Positions 15,940-25,596 are shown, counted from the first letter of the stretch. The stretch: DNA of 64,000 bases from Ignavibacteria bacterium (GCA_014879675.1 JACSRQ010000101.1:901-64900), one strand, 5' to 3'. Notes: generated by a model from the letters alone, not told the origin. Numbers and translations: made by a program.

Positions 15940-17646
15940 TCACTTCACCAGGATCATCTTTTTCATTTCAAAAAGATCACCTGATTCAAGCCTGTAATAA
16001 TATACACCTGAGGCAGATCCTGAACCGTCAAACTCAGCTTCATATGTGCCGGGGCTTAAAAGTTCATTTACCGGTACAGCTATTTCCTGGCCAAGAGAAT
16101 TATATATCGCCAGCCGTGTAACTGCCGAAAAAGTATTTCCTGCAGGAATATCAAATCGAATTTTTGTTACCGGATTGAATGGATTTGGATAATTTTGGTG
16201 CAGGCCAAATTTTTCGGGAACAATAGCCGATATTGGCTGAATACCATTAATCTGATCAAGCGCGCCGCGTGAATTGATCAGACCCCAACCGAAATAATTA
16301 TCGAAACCGGGTGTATCTTCATTAGAAGGCCCTACCTGGTCGCGTGCTGAGTTCTTTAAGGCATTATAGATCTGGGTATAAGTCAGTGAACTGTTTACAC
16401 TAAATAGCAGTGATACCACGGCGCATACCATTGGTGTTGCCTGCGATGTGCCGCACCAGTAGCTTGTTGTTGCCGGATTAGTATGAGTTAGTCCGATTAT
16501 CATCTCGCCCGGTGCTGTGAAATCAATATGCAGCCCATAGCTGCTTCCGCCGCCCCAACAAAATGGAACAGCCCGCTGCATCCGGTTATTAATTGCGCCT
16601 ACAGAGATCAGGTTCTGGAATCCGGCAGGGTAATAAGTTGCGTTATTATTGTTATTCATCATGCATGCAACTACAATTCTGCCGTTATTGTATGCATAAT
16701 TCACTGCGTCTTCAAGAGCAGCATTGGTAGATGCGCCTCCTACACTCATGTTAAGCACTTTAGCGCCGTTATCAACTGCATATGTTATTCCCGATACCCA
16801 CCAGGAATATAATCCGCTGCCTGAAGCGTTAAGAATCTTTACAGGGATAATTTTGCAGCTCCAGTTTATGCCTGCTATAAGAGAACCATTATTGCTGTTC
16901 GCTCCTATTATACTTGCTACGTTTGTTCCATGACCCTGGTCATCTGTGGGATTGTTATCATTGTTTGCATAATCATATCCCTGCAGCAGCCTGCCGCTAA
17001 ATTCTGGATGAGTTAATGGAATACCGGAATCAAGTACTGCCACTTTTATTGAGGTATTACCGGTTGTTACATCCCATGCATTTGCTATATTAATATCACC
17101 GCCGTTTGTGCCAACAATTCCGTTTACGGTTTGGCCGGTATTTCTTAATCCCCATTGACTGTTAAAATTTGGGTCGTTGGGAAGCACCGCAGTATTCTCT
17201 TCAGAGCCGGGCGCCAGCATACCGCCGGCATAGCCAATATGGTCAAACTCAACATAATCAAACTCTCCGCTTTTAATCAGCCTGTCTCTCACAGTTTCAA
17301 CAACTGCGCCGGGCATAAGTCCTGCAATGAATATTCTTTCCATTCCCGCAGCTAGCGGCCTTGTATCTGCATCGGGTTTTGCGCCCTTCAACCAATAGAG
17401 ATCATACTCAGATAAGAAAGTTTTGATCGTATTGGTGTATAACAAGTTTGAATTTACATAGAAAGCTCCCTCAGGTGTTTTTGGTACGAGCTCTCTTGCC
17501 TGGTTGAATAAATCAGTGCCCGCTTTGAATTTTAATATCAAAGTGCTGCTGTTGTATTTGCCTTCTGCGTTTGAATTTGTGTTTAGGAGTAAAAGGAAGA
17601 ATAATATCGGTATTAATCGGGCTGAAATGATAAAAAAACGTTTCAT
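15940..17646 (-). CDS. Subtilisin-like serine protease (S8) with T9SS type-A C-terminal domain
   Basis: I trimmed to the ATG at 17646, which has ggaggt upstream and the signal peptide MKRFFIISARLIPILFF. Catalytic Asp VAVLDSGI, His HGTNVASI, Ser GTSQATPMV. CTD: FGLHQNYPNPFNPVTKIRFDIP...KKMILVK. Confidence 0.9.
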   Translation of the reverse strand: MKRFFIISARLIPILFFLLLLNTNSNAEGKYNSSTLILKFKAGTDLFNQARELVPKTPEGAFYVNSNLLYTNTIKTFLSEYDLYWLKGAKPDADTRPLAAGMERIFIAGLMPGAVVETVRDRLIKSGEFDYVEFDHIGYAGGMLAPGSEENTAVLPNDPNFNSQWGLRNTGQTVNGIVGTNGGDINIANAWDVTTGNTSIKVAVLDSGIPLTHPEFSGRLLQGYDYANNDNNPTDDQGHGTNVASIIGANSNNGSLIAGINWSCKIIPVKILNASGSGLYSWWVSGITYAVDNGAKVLNMSVGGASTNAALEDAVNYAYNNGRIVVACMMNNNNNATYYPAGFQNLISVGAINNRMQRAVPFCWGGGSSYGLHIDFTAPGEMIIGLTHTNPATTSYWCGTSQATPMVCAVVSLLFSVNSSLTYTQIYNALKNSARDQVGPSNEDTPGFDNYFGWGLINSRGALDQINGIQPISAIVPEKFGLHQNYPNPFNPVTKIRFDIPAGNTFSAVTRLAIYNSLGQEIAVPVNELLSPGTYEAEFDGSGSASGVYYYRLESGDLFEMKKMILVK

Positions 17647-17723
17647 ACTCACCTCCGTGAATTTGTGTTTTACCAAGAGCGTTATTTAAAATATTAAATA
17701 ACTTAAGTATAAACAATATCAAT

Positions 17724-17759
17724 AAAAAAGCACATATCTATAAAAATATGTGCTTTTTT
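17724..17759 (-). terminator. Bidirectional-type rho-independent terminator
   Basis: Stem gcacatat (17730-17737) / atatgtgc (17746-17753), flanked by an A-run and a T-run. It lies downstream of 17781..18881. Confidence 0.75.
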
Positions 17760-17780
17760 AAATTATTGTTTATCAGTTAA

Positions 17781-18881
17781 TTATTTAACCAAGATCATTC
17801 GTTTAGTTTGAATTTGTTCTCCATACTGCAGGCTGTAGAAATAAACGCCGGTCGAAAGCTCCGAAGCGTTAAAACTTACTTCATAACTGCCCGGTGCCAG
17901 TTCTGTATCGAACACTTTACGAACTGCTTCACCGAGAGAATTATAAATTGTCAGCTTTGCTGATCTCATCCCGCCTGCGGGAATATCAAATTTTATAATC
18001 GTTTCGGGATTAAACGGATTAGGATAATTCTGCAAAAGTGTGAATTTGTCAGGAACATTCGAATTCAACTGCTGGATAGATAGTAATGAGTTTATGTTGT
18101 GGAAAGTTACAGTATTGTTTCCTGCATTTGGTACTGCCAGAGTATCTCTGAACTTAGCTATGAAGATATCTGCAGGATTGCTGAGACCGCTGTTTATTAC
18201 AATTGATACAGGGTTCGCGAAATTAATATCATATTTCAGGATCTTCGCCGGAGAAGGAGACCATGAGGAAACATAAACATTATCATACCTGTCAAGATAT
18301 ATCCCGTCACAGTTATTGTATCCTGTATTTGTAAGCAGCGTTACTGTGGAATCAGCCAGGCTAACAGATTTGATCGCAGCATTGCTTCCCCAAAAACAAA
18401 CCAGCAGCCTGTTTCGGGGTGAATCAACATACACACCGTTTGGGGTACCGCCGGGACTCGGAACAAATATCCACCATGCCTGTGTATTCAAATTGAGCTT
18501 ATATATTTTTGGAGATGAAAAATCAGAAATATATGCAATACCTGAGTTATCGATTCCCATTCCGTTCAGAAATGATGAGCCTGTTAATTGTACGTTAAAA
18601 ACCAATGCACCAGTTGACAAGGAAAAACCCTTAATGCTTGTACCGTAACAAGCGTACACATTGCCGTTGTAGATCCTAAGTGCATGGGAGCCAGACGCGG
18701 AGGGCGCAAAGTCTGTTACCGTGCCGTTTGATGATCTTTGTTTTATCATGCCGCCGGAGTTTGTAACCAGCCAGCGGTTATAAACTGAATCAAACGTTAC
18801 GCTTTCAGGTGATGTATATTGTGAATAGATATTAACAACAAATAATGCTGCAAACAGCACGCTGCTCAATAATGATTTCAA
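17781..18881 (-). CDS. Beta-propeller (SMP-30/gluconolactonase/NHL-like) secreted protein with T9SS CTD
   Basis: 366 aa. TTG start with aagga SD. Signal peptide MKSLLSSVLFAALFVVNIYS. CTD: FTLLQNYPNPFNPETIIKFDIP...KRMILVK. Confidence 0.7.
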   Translation of the reverse strand: MKSLLSSVLFAALFVVNIYSQYTSPESVTFDSVYNRWLVTNSGGMIKQRSSNGTVTDFAPSASGSHALRIYNGNVYACYGTSIKGFSLSTGALVFNVQLTGSSFLNGMGIDNSGIAYISDFSSPKIYKLNLNTQAWWIFVPSPGGTPNGVYVDSPRNRLLVCFWGSNAAIKSVSLADSTVTLLTNTGYNNCDGIYLDRYDNVYVSSWSPSPAKILKYDINFANPVSIVINSGLSNPADIFIAKFRDTLAVPNAGNNTVTFHNINSLLSIQQLNSNVPDKFTLLQNYPNPFNPETIIKFDIPAGGMRSAKLTIYNSLGEAVRKVFDTELAPGSYEVSFNASELSTGVYFYSLQYGEQIQTKRMILVK

Positions 18882-18958
18882 TGGATGTCCTTCCGAAACT
18901 TTATAAAATTAGCCGCTAATTTAGTGATTTAATTTAATGAATGCCGTATATTTATTTC

Positions 18959-21064
18959 CTACTTAACCAAAACCAGCTTTATTGTGCCGGAGTATTTTCC
19001 GGCGTTCAGCCTGCAGAAATATACACCGCTTGGCAGGCTGCCTGCGTTCCATGAAATTTCATAGCTGCCGCTTTTTAATTCACCGTTAACCAGCGTTGCA
19101 GCTTCTTTTCCTGCCGCATCAAAAATTCTGAGCTCTGCGTGAGCGTCCTGCGGCAGTGCAAAGCGTATCCGTGTTTCTGGATTGAACGGATTTGGATAGT
19201 TCTGCTCCAGGCTGAATTTATTTGGCACCACAACACTGACAGGCTGCACACTAACCAGCGGATTCGAAGCACGCAGCATCGTGCCGCTATTGCCAACTGC
19301 AAATCCATATCCATCAGGAGATATACAAACCGCGTTAAATGTGTTGATGGTTATTCTTCTCTCCAGCGGCCAGGTTAAGCCACCATCAATGGTTTTGTGA
19401 ATGTAACCGCTGCTTGTAACGGCATAGCCTGAGTTTGCATTCAGCATTTTTATATCCCACACAGATGAAGATAGTGCAGTGCCAAACGGTACCCACGAAG
19501 TGCCGCCGTTGGTTGTACGGAGCATCAATCCCGATGAACCGCCTGCCCAGCCGTTGTTCTCATCAGCCATTGAAAGAGCATATAAACCCAGCGAAGTACC
19601 ATCCCATTGAAGCAGCCAGTTTGCGCCGCCATTAGTAGTTTTGTAGATGACTTCGCCAATACCGGCTACCCAGCCCGTATTTGAATTTACAAAATCAACT
19701 TCGTATAGCAGGGTTGTATTGGGCAGACCAATATTCTGCCATGATGCCCCTGCATTTGTGGTTTTAAATATTGCACCATTTTGCCCGGCAGTGAAAACAT
19801 TGCTAACATCCAGGTAATCGATTCCAAGCATTTCACCCGTCGCGCCTGTAATAAGCTCAACCCAGTTCGTGCCTCCGTTGGTTGTCTTTATCATCCGCCC
19901 GGAGTAACCGCAAGAGTAAGCATTGTTAGCATCAATTGCTGCAACTTTTTCAAGCTGGGTTGTAGAGTTTGTTGCCTGGTTCAACCAGCTAATACCGCCA
20001 TCTGTAGTTTTGAATATTATGCCTCCAATACCAACAACATAGCCGGTGTTTACATTTATAAAGCTGACACCTTCAATTGAACTGGATGTAAATCTTCTTG
20101 AAACACTTTGCCATGTTGCACCGGCATCGGTTGATCTGAGGATCTTACTATCCGCGCCTGCCATGTAAACTGTGTTAGCGTTTTCAAATTTTACTGAATA
20201 TAATGTACCTGTGAATCCATCGGGCGGCGACAGCTCCGTCCATGTAGTCCCAAAGTTTGTAGTTCTGATAGCTATGCCGATCGTTCCGCAAACAATTCCG
20301 GTACCCGCGTTGTTGAAATCAATACTCCAAAGCTGCACTGTGCCGGAGCCGGGATTGTGGGAAACCGACCAGTTTGCCCCGCCATTTGTTGTGATGGCTA
20401 TCCTTTTATTGTTGCCGCATAAAAATCCGGTGTTTGAATTTACAAACCGCACGAACCTGTAATCAGTGCTTGTTGGAAAGATCTGTGGGTAAGCTGTCCA
20501 GCTTGTGCCGCCATCTGTTGATTGAACCAATGCATTTGTACTTCCAACTGCATAAACATTATTAGCATCAGAAGCCCAAATACCATACATAGTACGGATC
20601 GTTGCTGAAGGATTTGTTTGTGACATCCAGTTTACTCCTCCATTGGTCGTTTTTGCTATAAACCCATTGAATCCGGTTACCCAGCCTGTGTTATCGTTCA
20701 GAAAATATACACCGTATTTGGTTGTATCCGGTGAGCCGGGCAGGTGAGACCAGTTCAATCCGGCATTGGTTGATCTGAACATCATTTCTTCAAATGCGCC
20801 AACTGCAAACCCGGTATTTGATGAAGGAAAATATAATGCGCGGATGATACCATCACCTACGGGTGTAGTGATCCAGTTTGCGCCGGCATTTGTGCTTACG
20901 ATCGCATCGCCGATAAAATTAGTAATGCCAACTACACGGTTTGGTGAAGGAACCGCGATACTGAATATATCTTCGCCATTTGGATATGGATTGATATACT
21001 GCCATTGTGAGTATGCAGTGTTAAATGAAAGTATGAATAAAACGAAAAGAGAGAGTTTTCCCAT
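18959..21064 (-). CDS. BNR/Ycf48-like multi-repeat beta-propeller protein with T9SS CTD
   Basis: 701 aa with more than 10 repeats of the TTNGGxNW / STDGGxSW type. CTD: FSLEQNYPNPFNPETRIRFALP...IKLVLVK. Confidence 0.8.
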   Translation of the reverse strand: MGKLSLFVLFILSFNTAYSQWQYINPYPNGEDIFSIAVPSPNRVVGITNFIGDAIVSTNAGANWITTPVGDGIIRALYFPSSNTGFAVGAFEEMMFRSTNAGLNWSHLPGSPDTTKYGVYFLNDNTGWVTGFNGFIAKTTNGGVNWMSQTNPSATIRTMYGIWASDANNVYAVGSTNALVQSTDGGTSWTAYPQIFPTSTDYRFVRFVNSNTGFLCGNNKRIAITTNGGANWSVSHNPGSGTVQLWSIDFNNAGTGIVCGTIGIAIRTTNFGTTWTELSPPDGFTGTLYSVKFENANTVYMAGADSKILRSTDAGATWQSVSRRFTSSSIEGVSFINVNTGYVVGIGGIIFKTTDGGISWLNQATNSTTQLEKVAAIDANNAYSCGYSGRMIKTTNGGTNWVELITGATGEMLGIDYLDVSNVFTAGQNGAIFKTTNAGASWQNIGLPNTTLLYEVDFVNSNTGWVAGIGEVIYKTTNGGANWLLQWDGTSLGLYALSMADENNGWAGGSSGLMLRTTNGGTSWVPFGTALSSSVWDIKMLNANSGYAVTSSGYIHKTIDGGLTWPLERRITINTFNAVCISPDGYGFAVGNSGTMLRASNPLVSVQPVSVVVPNKFSLEQNYPNPFNPETRIRFALPQDAHAELRIFDAAGKEAATLVNGELKSGSYEISWNAGSLPSGVYFCRLNAGKYSGTIKLVLVK

Positions 21065-21160
21065 TGTTTTCCTCCGGGGATATGTATTAATTCAAGTCTT
21101 TAATATTAATATTATTTCCAAAATATTGCTTAAATTGCAAAATAATAATCCAAAAATTAT

Positions 21161-21919
21161 ATGATAAAGAAAATATTCATTCTGCTGATTTTAGCGGTAT
21201 TTACATATTCGCAGGATACAGTTACAACCTCTTCGGGATTAAAATATATTGTTCTAAAAAAAGGCAGCGGAAAAATGTCGGAAGCGGGAAAGATGGCTGA
21301 AGTGCATTATACCGGATGGCTGCTTAACGGAACAAAGTTTGATTCATCGCGTGACAGGGGTGAGCCTTTTGAGTTCCTGCTTGGCGGAAAACAGGTTATA
21401 AAGGGGTGGGATGAAGGTGTTGCCCTGATGAAGATCGGCGATGAGTTCAGACTGATCCTTCCACCTGAGCTTGCTTATGGCGAGCGCGGCGCGGGAGAAA
21501 TAATTCCGCCGAATTCAACCCTCGTATTTGATGTTGAGCTGCTTGGTGTGCACAAACCACTGAAATCGATAGTTGATACATTGCTTGCTGTTACAATGGC
21601 AAAAGATGTAGAGGCAGCTATTGATACTTATTGGGAACTAAAAGAAGACTATGGCAAAGTATATAATTTCAAGGAGAGTGAGCTAAATGTGCTTGGCTAC
21701 CAGCTCCTGCAGGTTGGATTAAACAAACAGGCAATTGAGATCTTCAAGCTCAATGTTGAACAATTTCCGAAATCTTCTAATGCTTATGATAGCCTGGGTG
21801 AAGGTTATATGATAGCAGGCGATAAGAAAAATGCGATCAAGAATTACGAAGAATCGCTTAAGCTTAATCCGGATAACAATAATGCAAAACAAATGCTTGA
21901 CCAGCTCAATTCGAAATGA
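21161..21919 (+). CDS. FKBP-type peptidyl-prolyl cis-trans isomerase with C-terminal TPR-like region
   Basis: 252 aa with a signal peptide. FKBP core: EVHYTGWLLNGTKFDSSRDRGEPFEFLLGGKQVIKGWDEG...STLVFDVELLGV. Confidence 0.85.
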   Translation: MIKKIFILLILAVFTYSQDTVTTSSGLKYIVLKKGSGKMSEAGKMAEVHYTGWLLNGTKFDSSRDRGEPFEFLLGGKQVIKGWDEGVALMKIGDEFRLILPPELAYGERGAGEIIPPNSTLVFDVELLGVHKPLKSIVDTLLAVTMAKDVEAAIDTYWELKEDYGKVYNFKESELNVLGYQLLQVGLNKQAIEIFKLNVEQFPKSSNAYDSLGEGYMIAGDKKNAIKNYEESLKLNPDNNNAKQMLDQLNSK

Positions 21920-23166
21920 TTATGCAATATGATAGCAGCAGGGAATTTGCTGAAAAAATGGATTCATCTGACCCGCTTCGCGGGTTCAGGGATAGATTTT
22001 ACATTCCTAAAAACAAGGATGGCAAAGATGTTATTTACTTTGCGGGTAACTCCCTGGGACTCCAGCCAAAAACCGTGCGCAGCTATGTTGAGCAGGAGCT
22101 TGTTGACTGGGAAAAAATGGGAGTAGAAGGTCATATGCATGCCAAACATCCCTGGCTGCCCTACCATGAATTTCTAACAGAAAGTACCGCCGCACTTGTT
22201 GGAGCGCAAAATGAAGAGGTTGTGAATATGAATTCATTAACAGTTAATCTTCATTTAATGCTGGTATCATTTTACAGGCCGCAAAAACAGCGATTCAAAA
22301 TTATTCTCGAAGCAAATGCTTTTCCATCTGATCATTACGCGGTTCAGTCGCACCTGCGTTACCATGGTTTTGATCCTGCCGGGGGATTAATTGAAATGAA
22401 GCCGAGAGAAGGTGAAGATGTGATCCGCACAGAAGATATTCTCGCAAGGATCGAAGCAGAGGGTGACTCAATTGCGCTGATAATGTTTGCAGGTGTAAAC
22501 TATTATACCGGCCAGGCATTTGAAATGGGAAAGATCACAGAAGCGGCTCATGCTAAAGGTATAGTTGCAGGATTTGATCTTGCGCATGCTGCAGGCAATC
22601 TGCAGCTTGAGCTGCATAAATGGGATGTTGATTTCGCTGTATGGTGCTCCTATAAATACCTGAATGCGGGACCTGGAGCTATTGCCGGAGCTTATGTAAA
22701 CCGAAGACACCTGCTCGATATGACCATTCCGAAATTTTGGGGTTGGTGGGGGCAGGATAAAGCAACACGTTTCTTGATGCATCATGATTTTCAGCCGATA
22801 CCTACGGTGGAAAGCTGGCAGCTCAGTAATCCGCCTATTCTTCAGCTGGCTGCTTTAAGGGCATCGCTGGATATTTTTGCGGAAGCAAAAATGGAAAACC
22901 TGCGTGCAAAAAGTGAGCTGTTGACAGGTTACCTTGAATTTCTTCTCGAAAGCAGGAGTAACATTACTATCATTTCGCCGAAGAATAAACTTGAACGCGG
23001 TTGTCAGCTATCACTCAGAGCTGAAAAAGATGGTAAACAACTTCATACCCGTTTAAACGAAGCAGGTGTAATATGCGATTGGCGTGAACCGGATGTTATC
23101 AGAGCAGCACCTGTTCCGCTATACAATACTTTCACCGATGTTTGGCAGTTTGTTAATATGTTATAG
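21916..23166 (+). CDS. kynU: Kynureninase
   Basis: 416 aa. N-terminal DPLRGFRDRFYIP and PLP-lysine context CSYKYLNAGPGA. The ATG overlaps the FKBP stop (ATGA). Confidence 0.9.
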   Translation: MIMQYDSSREFAEKMDSSDPLRGFRDRFYIPKNKDGKDVIYFAGNSLGLQPKTVRSYVEQELVDWEKMGVEGHMHAKHPWLPYHEFLTESTAALVGAQNEEVVNMNSLTVNLHLMLVSFYRPQKQRFKIILEANAFPSDHYAVQSHLRYHGFDPAGGLIEMKPREGEDVIRTEDILARIEAEGDSIALIMFAGVNYYTGQAFEMGKITEAAHAKGIVAGFDLAHAAGNLQLELHKWDVDFAVWCSYKYLNAGPGAIAGAYVNRRHLLDMTIPKFWGWWGQDKATRFLMHHDFQPIPTVESWQLSNPPILQLAALRASLDIFAEAKMENLRAKSELLTGYLEFLLESRSNITIISPKNKLERGCQLSLRAEKDGKQLHTRLNEAGVICDWREPDVIRAAPVPLYNTFTDVWQFVNML

Positions 23167-23246
23167 TGTTTACCCGCCGGGTTTTTAGTCCCCGGGCATC
23201 TTAGGATATAATAGATATAATCGCATGAAATAAAGAAATACGATAA

Positions 23247-24611
23247 ATGGAAAAAATTACAATTGTTGGAGCTGGCTTAGCAGGTTCACTGCTCTCGGTT
23301 TACATGGCCAAAAAAGGTTTTGCAGTAGATGTTTATGAACGCAGGCCTGATATGCGCAAAGCCGCCATCAGCGCAGGGAAATCAATAAATCTTGCGCTTT
23401 CCGTTAGGGGAATTCATGCACTGAAAGAAGTTGGTCTGTATGATGAGATCAAAAAAATCTCTATTCCTATGTATGGCAGGATGATCCATTCAATTGATGG
23501 GGTTACACAATTTCAGCAGTACGGAAAAGATAACAGCGAGTATATAAATTCAGTAAGCAGGGGAGACCTTAACAAAAAACTGATGGATCTAGCCGATGAA
23601 TTCCGTTCGGTAAAATTTCACTTCAATAAACGCTGCATGGGCATGAACCTGGATAAAAATGAGCTGTATTTCCACGATGAGTTAACTCAAGCCAATATTG
23701 CGGTCAAATCAAAAGTTACTGTAGCAACTGATGGTGCAACATCACCTATTAGAATGGAAATGCTCAAAATTCCCCGGTTCGATTTTTCTCAGGAATACGA
23801 AAACTACGGGTATAAAGAGCTTCACATTCCCCCAAATGATGATGGCTCTTTCAAAATGGAAACTAATGCGCTGCATATCTGGCCGCGGGGTTCTTTCATG
23901 CTCATAGCACTTCCAAATATGGATGGCAGCTTTACCTGTACATTATTCATTGCTTATGATAGATCGCTTGGAGGCAATGCAAGCTTTGAATATCTTGATA
24001 CCAGGGAAAAAGTTTCGGATTTCTTCAAAGAAAATTTTCCCGATGCCCTGGAAATTATGCCATCTTTGCTTGAGGATTTTTTCGGGAATCCTACGGGTAC
24101 ACTTATTACCGTAAAAAGCTATCCATGGTGTGTTGATGGCAAACTGGCCATGTTGGGTGATTCTTGCCACGCTATTGTGCCATTTTTCGGGCAGGGGATG
24201 AATGCAGCATTCGAAGACTGTATCTACCTTAATGAATGTATTACCAACTCGCCCGGTAAATGGAATGATATTTTTAATAATTACCAGCAGATGCGTAAGG
24301 CGAATACGGATGCAATAGCCGATCTTGCGCAGGAAAATTTTGTTGAAATGCGTGATCTTGTCGCTGATCCGCGCTTCCTGCTGGAAAAGAAGATAGAATC
24401 AGAGCTTTACAAACGTTTTCCGGATACATTTGTGCCCAAATATACAATGGTTACGTTCATGCGGATTCCGTATAGCACGGCTTTGAATCGCGGAAAGATC
24501 CAGGCTTCAATTCTGCATGCATTAAGCGATTGCAAAAGCAGCATTGATGAAATTGACTGGACTGCCGCGGAAACGCTTGTTAAAAAAGAGCTTGCACCGC
24601 TGAATTACTAA
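23247..24611 (+). CDS. kmo: Kynurenine 3-monooxygenase (FAD-dependent)
   Basis: 454 aa. GAGLAGS dinucleotide fold at the N-terminus and LGDSCHAIVPFFGQGMNAAFED. tataat boxes occur at about 23207-23225 upstream. Confidence 0.9.
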   Translation: MEKITIVGAGLAGSLLSVYMAKKGFAVDVYERRPDMRKAAISAGKSINLALSVRGIHALKEVGLYDEIKKISIPMYGRMIHSIDGVTQFQQYGKDNSEYINSVSRGDLNKKLMDLADEFRSVKFHFNKRCMGMNLDKNELYFHDELTQANIAVKSKVTVATDGATSPIRMEMLKIPRFDFSQEYENYGYKELHIPPNDDGSFKMETNALHIWPRGSFMLIALPNMDGSFTCTLFIAYDRSLGGNASFEYLDTREKVSDFFKENFPDALEIMPSLLEDFFGNPTGTLITVKSYPWCVDGKLAMLGDSCHAIVPFFGQGMNAAFEDCIYLNECITNSPGKWNDIFNNYQQMRKANTDAIADLAQENFVEMRDLVADPRFLLEKKIESELYKRFPDTFVPKYTMVTFMRIPYSTALNRGKIQASILHALSDCKSSIDEIDWTAAETLVKKELAPLNY

Positions 24612-24671
24612 GGAGTTCATTTGTGGTAAGCTCAGAAATATTTTTGCTTTTGAAGATTCAGTTTAACTAGT

Positions 24672-24679
24672 TAACTTTG
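24672..24679 (+). promoter_or_regulatory. Candidate -7 promoter box (TAACTTTG) overlapping a 12-bp palindrome
   Basis: taactttg lies 45 nt upstream of the ATG at 24725. The perfect palindrome ttaactagttaa sits at 24663-24674. Confidence 0.3.
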
Positions 24680-24724
24680 TATAAGTTAGTTAAATTTTAC
24701 TTTAACTTTTCCTAAGGAGAAAAA

Positions 24725-25429
24725 ATGTTAAAAAACAACAGGTTCAAATTAGAATTCGTATTTTCGAAAAAGGTAATGCTCTTCGCATCTGTTATGGTGC
24801 TTTTTGCAGTTTACCTCGCCGGCTGCGTTAATGTTGACCAGAAGACAACATTAAAACAGGATGGCTCAGGATCAATGAAGGTTCATTACTGGACTAAAAT
24901 GTCCAATGTAAAATCAAGCACTGAGCTTGGAAACTTCAGCTTTGATAAAGATAAAGCAAAAGCAAATTATACCTCTTCAAATACCGAAGTTGGCGATGTA
25001 AAGGTTGAAGAAAAACTTGAAGATTCAACAAAACACGTAACACTTGATCTTAAGTTCAAGAACATTAATGATATCAGTTCAGCTAAAGCTTTCGAAAAAG
25101 TTAAAGCAAGCTGGAAAGAAGGCAAAGATGGTATGGATTTCACATACACACTTCTTAAAGATACATCAAACGCCGGCAACATGGGCGCATCTGATACAAA
25201 ACTTGATTATGAATTCGATTTTCCTGCTGAAGTTTTAAGAACAAACGGTACCAAAGATCAGCAGAAAGTTAAATGGAACAAAACACTTGCTGACCTTAAG
25301 AATGATATCGATATGACAGCAACAGTAAAGAACGAAGGCAAAAAATGCGGCTTATTCGGCATGGAGCTTCCGCTTATTATGCTTGCAGGTTTAGCTGTTA
25401 TGTCAATAAGAGTTAGAAGAAAGAAATAA
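24725..25429 (+). CDS. Lipoprotein of unknown function with C-terminal TM helix plus basic tail (sorting-signal-like)
   Basis: 234 aa with an aaggag SD. Lipobox YLAGC. The C-terminus is KKCGLFGMELPLIMLAGLAVMSIRVRRKK. Confidence 0.65.
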   Translation: MLKNNRFKLEFVFSKKVMLFASVMVLFAVYLAGCVNVDQKTTLKQDGSGSMKVHYWTKMSNVKSSTELGNFSFDKDKAKANYTSSNTEVGDVKVEEKLEDSTKHVTLDLKFKNINDISSAKAFEKVKASWKEGKDGMDFTYTLLKDTSNAGNMGASDTKLDYEFDFPAEVLRTNGTKDQQKVKWNKTLADLKNDIDMTATVKNEGKKCGLFGMELPLIMLAGLAVMSIRVRRKK

Positions 25430-25460
25430 CATCAAAGTATCTGCTTATGCAGTTTTTTCC

Positions 25461-25496
25461 AAATGCCTGTGAAACATTTCACGGGCATTTTTTTTG
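25461..25496 (+). terminator. Rho-independent terminator
   Basis: Stem aaatgcctgtgaa / ttcacgggcattt (one G-U pair), followed by a T8 run. Confidence 0.8.
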
Positions 25497-25596
25497 ACGG
25501 AATTCCGTAACTATTCAGTATAAAATGGGATTTTTTGCATCGAATTATTTTATTAATTTAACCCTATTCAGAAATTAACCATCATCCTGATCACAA

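Noticed and set aside
15827-15943. Upstream extension of the T9SS cargo ORF (and likewise 17647-17676 and 39641-39670 for two other genes)
   Set aside because: The extensions lack signal peptides. The one at 15827-15943 overlaps the terminator and stop of the upstream gene. Internal ATGs with good Shine-Dalgarno sequences are followed immediately by signal peptides or TM helices.
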